DNA of 64,000 nucleotides from Antedon mediterranea. Its lineage: Eukaryota; Animalia; Echinodermata. The notes under the pieces are model-generated. The model did no database searches, had not been told where the DNA came from, and was given only the letters and a program-made list of their open reading frames with translations. Location: positions 16,030,948 through 16,094,947 of the forward strand of contig NC_092673.1 of the NCBI RefSeq assembly GCF_964355755.1. Direction: 5' to 3'. Positions within the stretch are counted from its first letter, which is position 1; every line of letters begins with the position of its first letter. The translations under genes and the position numbers were made by a program. Below are positions 48,837 through 61,200 of this stretch, in pieces.

Positions 48837-49630
48837 CGCCGTGGTTAGGATTCCGGCACCGGAACTCAACTGCCCAGCGTTAGGGAATCCGACACGCTAT
48901 TGCGCATGCCCAGAGCTAGGTAATCGGGGCGACTCTATACTTCTTATCAAAGAACTTAGTTCTCTTTGTTCTTATCAACAGCGATGGATCATTTCATAGC
49001 TGCGCCACACGGCGAACTAGCCTAGCCTAGATGCCTACTAATATGGGATCCACTAATCTAGGCTAGGGCTACCAGTTAGACGTGGCCAGTGGTCCTATAG
49101 TATTTATTTTGTAATTAAAAAGTCGTTGCTTCATTCATATATAAACTTCATATCATTATGAATTATATAATTACATGACTAGTTTTATGATTTTTCATAA
49201 CGCATTATATATAGTTACTCTCTACATAACAACATGCAATCACAAGTTGATTTGTTGACGGCAGCCACCGCGTAAATGTGAAAAAAACTGTTCGGGAAGT
49301 CAGGGTCGCAACGCTAAAAACAGCATTACGATTCTTAGATAGATACTGATACTTATTAATACCATTATAATTATTTTAACGCGTGGCGTAGTCGTATTTT
49401 AATTATTAATTCATGTATGGCATAGGCCAAGTTTCATCCATCGCTCTCTCGCTCGCGCAACGACTATCTAGGCTACAGTAAATCCCTATAACACTCCGAC
49501 TCTCCGTGGTGTGGCACACTATTAGTGCAAGCTATAATTCATTTCCCAGAGCTCTGGGCATGCGCAATAGCGTGTCGGATTCCCTAACGGTGAGCAGTTG
49601 AGTTCCGGTGCCGGAATCCTAACCACGGCG
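48837..49630. mobile_element. MITE with TIRs of about 80 bp and a perfect 9-bp TSD TTTAATATA (Mutator-like or similar)
   Basis: CGCCGTGGTTAGGATTCCGGCACCGGAACTCAACTGC... is mirrored at about 49550-49630. TSD copies are at 48828-48836 and 49631-49639. Confidence 0.88.
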
Positions 49631-52277
49631 TTTAATATACGTTTATACAAATGTATTGATTTGCGATGAATGGAACATTCCAAATTATTTGGTTTAACCA
49701 TGCTTGCATACCTCCATGATTTAACACAAGTAGGTCAATTTATGGGCCCTTTGAGAATAAACATAAATAGTATTGTAAAGCTATACAATACTGTAAATAG
49801 GTATTAACCACTTTTGATAGCCATTTGAATCGCAAATTTCTTATTGTGTGGGTTGGTAGGCCTACTGTTTATTATATATAAACAAATATACTAATAAACT
49901 TTATTACTGTGAGTGTGGGTAGCCCCTACTTTTAGATTATAAACACATAATAATATAATACTTTATTACTGACAGTTGCTTCTCAACGTTTGTATTAATT
50001 AATAATTACAAAAAAATATAAACGTCGTGGTGGTGTATCGTTACATGTACTTTACTATTTCAATCGACTATGACAGTGACAATTTTAACAGTTATTAAAT
50101 CGGAAATGTTTTACTCTATTTAGTGTTATGTTATTTATAGGCCTATTAAAAAAAAACCCAACCCTCAATAATGTTAGATACAAAATACAAATTGGGTTTG
50201 TTTAATGAGTCCAAATGAAACATTTGGACTCAGTTTGTGAGAAGTTTCTCTTTTGGAAGTAATTCGCACGGTGCTAATTTTGGTTAAATACATAAATACA
50301 TAAATAGCCTAAATGTTTTATAGTCATGCGGTACGTAGGCCTACATTTTGAAATCGCCAGTTTTTTTACGCTGAAATTACTATGTATTCGAGAACCATAT
50401 GTGGGCACGACCTAGATGGTACGCTCGCTTCGCTCGCGCACCATCTAGTTAATAATAATTATTAATAAATTAATAGAAAACTAGAGAGGGCGCTTTTCGA
50501 CAAGGAAATGAATGTTTTTTCATGTGTGTTATTTTTCCGCTCGAGTTTATTCAATTTACTGTAATATACACTGTTACATACTATTTTATTGGGAAGATGC
50601 CCCCACACTTCATCTCCTGAACTAACATAGTACAGTATAAGTCAAATTAATTGTTTTACATTTTTTTTATTGAAATCAATCTGCCTCAAAAAATATTATA
50701 ATAGTACAATAACAGAAAGGTAGATAGGTATTTTTATAATTGTTCAATTTAAAAATGTAAACAGAAAAAAAACTGAATAAATGTTTATACATACATTATA
50801 AATGAAATAAAATAACTACTATTTTAGTAATGCATACACAAGTACAGAATATCAGAAATCAATGAATTATGTTTCTAAATATGGCATTATTAGGCTAATT
50901 CCATATACCCAAAAATGATACCACAGGAACACAATGCTATAACATAGGAAAACGGCCTCATATTACAGTGGTTAATTCATTATCAATAATGCATTGTGTT
51001 CCATATACCCAAAATGATACCCCAGGAACACAATACTTTAACGAGGAAAACGGCCTCATTGCTTATTGAAGTGGTTTATTTATCATATAATGCACTGTGT
51101 TCCATATACCCAAAATGACACCCCAGGAACACAATACTATAATTTTGCTATGGTTACTTAATTTTACTTAATCTTTATTAATACAAATATATTGATTTCC
51201 AAAGTGGTTCACAAAAGTTCTACAAAACTAAATGAAAATGATACACATTAATAAAACGCAAATTCAAGAAATGTTTCTACACTTCATACAAAAGAAAAAT
51301 CATGGAAGTGAATTGGATTAACACATCTACTTTGCAGAAAATGTAAACAAATAATACTGTAACTGAATTGATAAGCACTGATCCCTTTAAACTTTACTAA
51401 TAAAACACTATCAATTACGAAGGGAAAAAAACATGTTTCCACTACTTGATACAGAGAGTAGAGAATGCTCGATTGTCAAATGACGCTCTCCCTCAATATC
51501 CAATCACATCTTCCTTTAAAACTCCCTAAGTTGTTAATAATCAATGTCCATGAGCATGTTCATGTCTTCATTTTGATGGTCCGAATATAGCTCCCCATGG
51601 GCCATGTTCCATGTTTTTGTTTCTATGGAACGTCAAAAGAGCAAAAATTATATAGGGGGCTGAAAACTCTGTGGAGTCCATCTACAGTGTGGATGGAACA
51701 ATGTAAAATTAAAATTGTAATGATAATAGTATAATCATGCAAGTACGAAGAAATAAATAAATACTGGCAAATAAATTTTAATTTAAAAATCATGATAAGT
51801 TTTTTTGTTTCGTTTTCTTTCTGTTTTTATACTTGTACTATTATTGTTGCTCTTTTGGCGCTCCATAGAAACAAAAACATTGAGCATGGGGAGCTCGAGG
51901 AGTTACATTGTCATTACAGTATACAAAGAAACACATCTGTAAAATCATCAATTTAAAGGATTTATTTATTTGTTATTATGTGTTTCTCCTTCTGAAAGTA
52001 CTTATAAGTCCTAATTTTAAAGTGTGGTGTTCAGGATAAAGTTAGTCAACAAATTTGGAGTCAAAATACAAGAAAGGCAGGTGCGTAAGAAAAACATCCT
52101 CTGAAGCAACACAATGGAGTTAATATATACCAACAAACAACCCGTCAAGTTTGTTTGTTGTAAAGAAAAATATACATTTACTCAACGGGCGAAAATAATG
52201 TGAGTTTATCTATGTTTTGCGGTAGTATTAAATTATATTTATGGTAATAAATGAAACCTACTGTGTTTAAAATTATG

Positions 52278-52915
52278 GGATCAGGTGCCGTTTTCGGCCA
52301 CCTCGACTTGTGATATTTAGTTTAATTGTTTTGTAGTTTAACATGTTTTAATTCCGATTGTATTTTAGTATTTAGGATCGATGTTTTAATTCCGATTGTA
52401 CTGTAGTTGTTTTTAATATGTTTTGATTCCGATTGTACTGTAGTTGTTTTTAATATGTTTTGATTCCGATTGTACTGTAGTTGTTTTTAATATGTTTTGA
52501 TTCCGATTGTACTGTAGTATTTAAGATTTTCTAATTTCGAATCGTATTGTACTAAAATTTATTGTGTTTAAATCCAGATAGGCATAACATAGTATTTAAT
52601 ATGTTTTAATTTTGATTATACTGTAGTGTTTAGTTTAGTTTTTATATATAGTAAGTAAGTTACCTACTTATATAGTTAATATTGTTACAAAATCTTGGCA
52701 TTCCGTAACACAGTACCTAATAATAACATGCCTTATAAAAAGTACATGCTTGCTAGTTTTTGATGTTCTGTATTGTAGGTTACATAACAGAACAATTGTA
52801 TTGTCTTCCCATTCAATAGACACCATTCTCTACATAAAACATAATACACCACACCCCTATCATAATAATGGTATAGTCCATACAAGTCGAGGTGGCCGAA
52901 AACGGCACCTGATCC
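52278..52915. mobile_element. Mutator-like MITE with 34-bp TIRs, an imperfect 9-bp TSD and internal repeats of about 36 bp
   Basis: GGATCAGGTGCCGTTTTCGGCCACCTCGACTTGT and its reverse complement. Flanks are aaaattatg and aaaatgatg. Confidence 0.85.
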
Positions 52916-55900
52916 AAAATGATGTATGGATAAACAAGTATTGTTTTTAAGCTGTAGTATATCTTAGTATTTGTAATCTTAGGTGTTGGGTCTTAGCTTT
53001 CGTGATCTTAGGTCTTAGGGGGTCTGAGCTTTCGTGGTCTGAGCTTTCGTGACACCCCTAGCCTAGGCCCTCAATTGGGCGAAAACATGCAGCCTGTCCA
53101 CCAGGCTTTGAACAAGATAGGCTAGTTTGTCTAGCCTAGGCCTAATACCGTCAAATGGTCATGATTAGAATGTCAAATGTTGACAAAATTTACGTTACTA
53201 TTTATTTAGTATTCTTTCAAATAAATACAACTTGTAATGCAAACTTATGAACCAGAAAAAAAATGTTGTATTTTGTTTGTAATTAGTTTCTGATTTCCTA
53301 CATATTTAAATAACTGTACAGGAAGTAACATATAGAACATTACATTATTGTTTCAGGTGCTGAAGGGTTAAGGGGGTGATTTATTATTTATTATTTTATT
53401 AGCTGCCTTCAATATCCAATCTATGTATATGTCATCTACTATAGTGTAATTAATTGTATAAACAGCCCCTTTAATTTAATGATATATTCAGCTTTCATCA
53501 TCTATGCCATTTTCATCTATTCTATTTTCATCATCTATTCATCATTGATAGAAATTTCATTGACGCAATTTTCATCATAACCAATAACTTGCGTAAGCGA
53601 CGTTTCATAGATTCTGGTTTCACCAAAATATGTTCCGCTTGATGTTAATGAAAGTTTTCAGTTATGACATCGAAGAGAGCTTAGTTGTACAATCTTCATG
53701 GTAAATTCAAGCTAATTTACTAATGATGTTTATACTATGTATGCTGGTTTTGCATAAAATTGCATATAATCAAGCTGCATCACTTTAATCGTCCCTAGAT
53801 AATTATACTAATTTATCAAACTAAATGATATTAAAGCTTGTTAATATTTTATTTTATATACTGTACCATAGTAAAAATTATTTTCACAGCATAGGTTTAT
53901 AGTATTACTGTATGTTGACCAGGTTTATATAAGATGTTCTATCCACAAATTTTAGAGAATGGCAGGCACTAAATCGACAGAAAAAAAAGTAACATTGATA
54001 AAAAATAAAGATTCTTGACAATCACAACAGGTTCAATGCAGATCACTTAACCTTAAAGAAAGGCAAGACTGATTGAGGAAGTAATGTAATTCACAAAATA
54101 AAGAAATAGGGTGTTGGCCCTTGGTATAACAATAAGCATCTTATAATAGGCAGCTTCTATGATCGGACTGTGCAATTTTGAATGTAATGTTATTTTATCA
54201 TGTATGTTTCTTTAGATTCAGTGTGTAAATGTGAGTTGTAATAGTATAGTTATTTATTTCATTTTATAATACTGTCATTTTACTTGTTGTAATTGTACAA
54301 TGATCGTTTAGTATCAAACAGTATTTATACAAATAATTAATGTTTTATATTCTAATGGTACAAACAATCGCATCTAGTGTTAATATGTCAACAAATGACC
54401 AAACAATCCTAGGCCTATGCTATGCTAAAGCACCTATAGGCCTAGCTAGTAATAGCAATTGGCCTAGCAAGGTAGAAAAGCAGCAATTCTATTACGAAAT
54501 TTCGACAGGCAACTGAAACTTATCTACTAATTCTAAAAACTAACTAAAGGATTGACTAATTCTGGTTTTTTTCCCCAAGATTTCATGTCTTGTAGAGATT
54601 CAATTCAATTCAAATAAACATTTATTTCTTTCATTCATATTTGAGTAAAAACATTATAATTTCTGATATTTTATAAATAAATATTTTTTTTTTTAGAGAT
54701 ATAATACAGTAAATCATAATGTATAAAAAAAAAAGATGATTCAGTTATATACAAAATGAAAGAGGCAAAAAAACCCAAGAAAGTATCGATCAATTGGAAA
54801 CAAAAATCCAATTGAAACTTGTATGTTGGGAAGCCATGTAAGAAGATTATACTTAAATATATAAATGTAAACATATAACTACACATACACATCATTGTTG
54901 TCATCATTATTGTAGTCAACAACAATACCATCATTCAATTCAATTTAAAGATTAAGAGATTAATTAAATTAAAATCATAAAAACAATCTAAAGCTATAAA
55001 TTGAATTGCTTTTTTTGTCTAATTTAATACATGTATCTCAAACCATAGAGATATTTCTATAATCTATGCTCAAACCTGCCAACTTTTTCAGTGGCCAATG
55101 CATGAGACATTAAATTAAATTGTATATAGCGCCCTCTATGTTATAATAACTTGAAAAACGCCCTGAGCTGTATGTTAAATTTTTCGCCGAATTGAGTTTG
55201 GCTTTCCTGTACTACTATCAATTCCAGTTGATAAAGTAAGTGTTAATAATAACTAAATATGAATATCAATCAATATGTTATTACAAAATAGAAAAAAAAA
55301 TCATTAGAAGAATGTTGTAAACATTTAAAAATAAATCACTTTGGGAATTGACAATTTAATGATTATCATTGTCAAATTGACCTTATAATATATTTTCACA
55401 TTTAATTTTTCCTTTTCTCTTCATGTCAAGCAATTTCTGTTATTTTCTTTATTACGTCTGTCTAATGAGTGAGTTCTCTCCTTTCAATTAGTTTAGTATG
55501 TCAACTTCAGATATTTGGGTAGTCTACAGGTAGGTTCTAAAATATGTTTTGACATAATGTTAGTAAAAAGATAAATATATTGCCACATAAGGCGTTTCAT
55601 ACATATAATGCTAATTGATCGATCATCGGAAAAAAACGCAGTAGTTTCCAAACAAAAATTGAAACGCTATCCGGTGGACTAACATAAAAAAGAGAATATA
55701 AACTACAGACTTGGGGCAAGTCGTCTAATATTTGGGCAACTAATCTTTGTTATGGATGATTTTACCAATGTACAGAAACAATTTTATTGCATTAAGTATT
55801 TTTTCCTATAGTTTAAAATGTATGTACAGTATAGTGATTCATTTGTTCATGTTTGAAAAATGAAAGAGTTGGTGTCAGTTTATTTCAAAATGGTAGCTAA

Positions 55901-57492
55901 ATCAATGTCGATGACCTATTAAATATAGTACACCCTTCCTCCCCTGAAATTGACGATTAACAAGTATATACTTATTTAAACTTTACAATCAGTTGTGTTA
56001 ATAATTAATGCATTTTATGTTAAAGGCCAAAACCCGAATGGCGAAAGCTGATTTGTTTTGGTCTTTTTTGTCATAATTGTTAAAGTTTTTATATTATATT
56101 ATGAGAGTGACAAATAAAGTATTTACACAAATATATATATTTTGGCCTTATGTGTACAATATAAATGTTAAAAAAAGATATTCAAAGTTTACTTTCAAGT
56201 CGCTAGCATTACAAAGAATCTACAATTTCTTTTTAAAGAATTGTAGCCAATTTTAAAAAAATGTCCTAATTAGGATAGTTTTTGCAGTTTAAAAATGTAA
56301 TGTTGTTTACTACACCAACATGAAGGAAATAAAAAAGATTACATTATTTATTTCCTCCATGATATCATAGTGTGCCTTGCTATTGTGTGTACATTCTTTT
56401 ATTGACTTAACTTTGACTGGACAATATCCAGATGCCAATTGTGTAGTAAAATGGCATCATATGCTCTAGTTAACATGTTCTTTACAAAAGGTTGTTCTTT
56501 GTTAATATGAAGTATATAGAAACTACTTACTGTATAATAATAAAAGGTTGTTCTTTGTTAATATGAAGTATATAGAAACTACTTATAATAATAATATAAG
56601 TTGACAACTTATATTTTCTGTTATTTTTTAGTATGCAAGACTGACTCTCAAAGTCATGTGATACACAGAACGCTGTAAACTAGGTGTTGGCACTTAGCAT
56701 AACAATAAACACCTTTGACGATGGACCAGGGAATGGAGGAATATTCAGACATGAACCTACAAGGGTAAGTTATGGTTACCAATACCACCAACTCTTTATG
56801 AATTTATTGTTAGTGACTGTGTGTGTTTTTATTTCATTACAGTAATTTGACGTTTTAAGCTCTTTGTCATTTGAAGGTTACAAATAAACAGTACAGTTAA
56901 ACAACACAAGACACATAAATTTTGCTTGATCTAATCCAGCAGAAGTATGTAGTGTGAGAACAAATTACAATTTTCATCTTCATTCAGTAACACCAGCATA
57001 CAGATGCAAGTTAATTGTCGTAGCCTTTAATGTTTCTGTCTGATGGGATTATATTTTATACATGCTGTATGTATGAAACACACACAGTGATGTTGAAATA
57101 TAAAATGTTTCTGCTGGAATAGCTTTCATTATGTATACATTTTCACCAGTTTTATGTTCAACAGTCTGATGATACTGAAGTTTCCATTCCATTTGTATAT
57201 CCAGTAAACAATTGATTATTATCAGTATTGCCTTTGTACCACACAGTTACTGTGACACAAACAATTGGTATTTTTTGCATTGCTAATGTTTTGAATACAA
57301 CACACATATTAGGAATTAATGATGATTCGCACTAGTTTCTTTTATTTCCTGAAAATTATTTGTAAAGCTCTGTCTACACCACCATATATGGAAATGATGA
57401 GGTCATATAACTACCCTATTTGAGAACATAACAATTTCTTTGTCAAGTTTGATATTGTAGACAGAGCTGTGGGTTGTCTAACAAAAGCTATG

Positions 57493-57613
57493 CATTTAAT
57501 AACCTCAGGCTACAGAGTTGGAGATATGAACATTTAATAACCTCAGGCTACAGAGTTGGAGATATGAACATTTAATAACCTCAGGCTACAGAGTTGGAGA
57601 TATGAACATTTAA
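57493..57613 (+). repeat. 38-bp tandem repeat, 3 copies
   Basis: Unit catttaataacctcaggctacagagttggagatatgaa. Confidence 0.9.
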
Positions 57614-58267
57614 AATCAGACAAGATAGTATCAGACAATTTGATAGCTATAAAGATGTATTATTCCCCATATAAAAATAATAATTCATTTTTTTTTGTTG
57701 AATGCCATTTTAATGTCCCATAATAGGTATCCACTTTGACCAAAAGTTTAATTGAAAACATTTTTTTACCTGAAAAAATGGTAATTTAAAGCAAAAATTA
57801 ATCAATTTGGCTGCCAGCCAATGGTTTTTGTGTAAAGTGAAAACGTTATTTCTTTTCGTTTTTTTGTGTACAGAAGTGATTAACTTTATTAAAACTACAA
57901 AATAACCAGCTATTAAAAGTCTGATTTAATTAATCTTCATTTTTTCATGTTTTTGGGTGACAATCTTTAAAGTTATATTTTAACAAAATGACATTGTTGT
58001 GAGTATCAGTAGCTGTATCTCAATGTACAAATATAATAAGCAAAAGCTAAATCCAAACGACAAAGTAAAACAGCCAGCATCAGAAACATCTATATTATGG
58101 TATATTTATAAACTTCAATAGGAATTTATAGAGATACAGATAGTTTACATACCAGGAAATATTAAATGTTTACCTTTTATATTTTCAGAAGAGAATGTGT
58201 AGGCTTACTTTTATACTAGAAGCTATCGGCATTAATAAATGTTAAATGAAGACACTGTATTTTGAAA

Positions 58268-61200
58268 ATGGAAAGGTAGGTTTCTTTAATTTTATTATTT
58301 CAAATCAAAAAGATTAACCTTCAATTAATTTATAGTTTAAATGAAAAAGATAACAATTTAAGATATTATTTGTAGAAAAATTACTTTTCAAATGTTCTTA
58401 AAAGATTACGAAATCATAAATATTACAATTAAAGGGCCCATTTTCATCGAATTTAATGATGATATTATTTCCATTAATCGTCATTTTCATAAACTAACGT
58501 AACACTTCATTATAATCTTTTATAATCATTTTAACAGGAACAAATTAGAAGAAGCTTTGCATAGGAATGATTTGCAAACAATTAAACACATTTGTAGAAC
58601 ACAGCCAGATCTTGTGACATCTATCAATGAGGTATTAACAATATATATATATTTTCATAATATTAACAAAAAGAAATTCTTTTCATTGAAATTTAAAATT
58701 TAAAATTTTTTACTACATTATTTAGCTGTAATTTTTGCTGCTATTTATATTGACAGAAAACCAATTTCACATAATGTCTGTTGTCAGTATTTATAAACTT
58801 TATTATTTTAATTCCTTTCCAGGATGGGGACACTCCATTACATGAATATCTAAGAACAGTAAATCCTACCTTAGATATAGTGACTTGTCTTATACAGAAT
58901 GACACATCTGCAGCAACATTGCAAAATAAGGTAATCCACAGGTATTTGCTAGTGTAGTTACGGCAACCATTCTCTGCAGTAAACCATTCTATTTGTTTAT
59001 CAATAATGACAAATAGGATTTTTTACTACATTATTTAGCTGTAATTTTTGCTGTTGTCAGTATTTATAAACTTTATTATTATGATTCCTTTCCAGGACGG
59101 GGACACTCCATTACATGAATATCTGAGTAAAGTAAATCCTACCTTAGATATAGTGACTTGTCTTGTACAGAATGACACATCTGCAGCAACATTGAAAAAT
59201 AAGGTAATCTACATGCTAGTGTAGTAGGCAACCATTCTCTGCAGTAAACCATTTTATTTGTTTATCAATAATGACAAATAGGATTTTATACTACATTATT
59301 TAGCTGTAATTATTGCTGTTGTTTATATTTACAGATAAACAATTTCACATGATATCTATTATCAATATTTATAAACTTCATGATTTTGATTCCTTTCCAG
59401 GATGTATATTGGAAATTGACTATACTATAGTTATGTGCTTAAACCATTTGAAACAAACTAATTTGCTCAGAAAGCCAATTCCCTCCAGCCAAAAGTAATC
59501 TTTGCTCCCCTTTTGATTTATTTCTGGTTCCACTCCTGGGTACCCTGATTTCAGTTCCATTTTGAATTTGTCATCAAAAAGAGCAATTATATATAATGTT
59601 TATTTCTGGTTCCACTCCTGGGTACCCTGATTTCAGTTCCATTTTGAATTTGACATCAAAAAGAGCAATTATATATAATGTTTATTTCTGGTTCCACTCC
59701 TGGGTACCCTGATTTCAGTTCCATTTTGAATTTGTCATCAAAAAGAGCAATTATATATAATGTTTATTTCTGGTTCCACTCCTGGGTACCCTGATTTCAG
59801 TTCCATTTTGAATTTGTCATCAAAAAGAACAATTATATATAATGTTTATTTCTGGTTCCACTCCTGGGTACCCTGATTTCAGTTCCATTTTGAATTTGTC
59901 ATCAAAAAGAGCAATTATATATAATGTTTATTTCTGGTTCTACTCTGGGTACCCTGATTTCAATTCCATTTTGAATTTGTCATCAAAAAGAGCAATTATA
60001 TATAATGTTTATTTCTGGTTCTGCTCCTGGGTACCCTGATTTCAGTTCCATTTTGAATTTGTCATCAAAAAGAGCAATTTTATATAATGTTTATTTCTGG
60101 TTCCACTCCTGGGTACCCTGATTTCAGTTCCATTTTGAATTTGTCATCAAAAAGAGCAATTATATATAATGTTTATTTCTGGTTCTGCTCCTGGGTACCC
60201 TGATTTCAGTTCCATTTTGAATTTGTCATCAAAAAGAGCAATTATATATAATGTTTATTTCTGGTTCCACTCTGGGTACCCTGATTTCAGTTCAATTTTG
60301 AATTTGTCATCAAAAAGAGCAATTATATATAATGTTTATTTCTGGTTCTGCTCCTGGGTACCCTGATTTCAGTTCCATTTTGAATGTGTCATCAAAAAGA
60401 GCAATTATATATAATGCAAACTATAGATTGATTATTAATTACTTTTATCTTGTTACAAAATGTGTTCATTAGCATCATACTCTTGTGTAGTAGGCTAACA
60501 TTCTATATAATCTTTAAAAAAGATGGGGGTTTGCTCATATAGCCTTTCACCTTGACCGTTTGACCATTCACCAAATTTTCAAAATGTGTATACCAAGCAA
60601 AAAATGATTGTTTGACCACCCTAAACCAATTTCTGAAGTCAAATTCTCTGGAACTCAAAGTGCATACAAAAGTTGATCTAGCTTCTACAGCATATTTAAT
60701 TATGACCATTTTATATCTGTTTTCTTTTTATTAGAACAACCTAATAGCACACATGATGTGTATAAATTAACCAATCAAATCAGATACACTTAGGTGTGTT
60801 ATAATACTGTATATGTAAATGTATGTATTTTATAGGATGGGAATACATCTGTGAATGTTTTAGAAAGTAACATGCAGATGGTTTACCAGGAAAGAAACAA
60901 GATTTTAAAGCTCTTTGACAGTAAGTGAAGTTTTCTATTAAAGTTTTTATTAATAAACTAAAGGTCTGCCAGTTTTTAATTTTGTTCTAAAATGGGAGTG
61001 ATTAAGTTAAAGGGGGATTCTGGGTTTAAAATTGCTTTTAAATATCGTTTATTTATTAAATAAAAAATATTATAACAATATAGACATTTCAGAATGAAGA
61101 AGTAATAACGAGAAATTAAAAAAATTAAATTTCATATACATTTTAGGGTAAATTCATGGAAAGTCTGTTTTTTAGCAGCTTAGGGAAGCTCATTAATATT

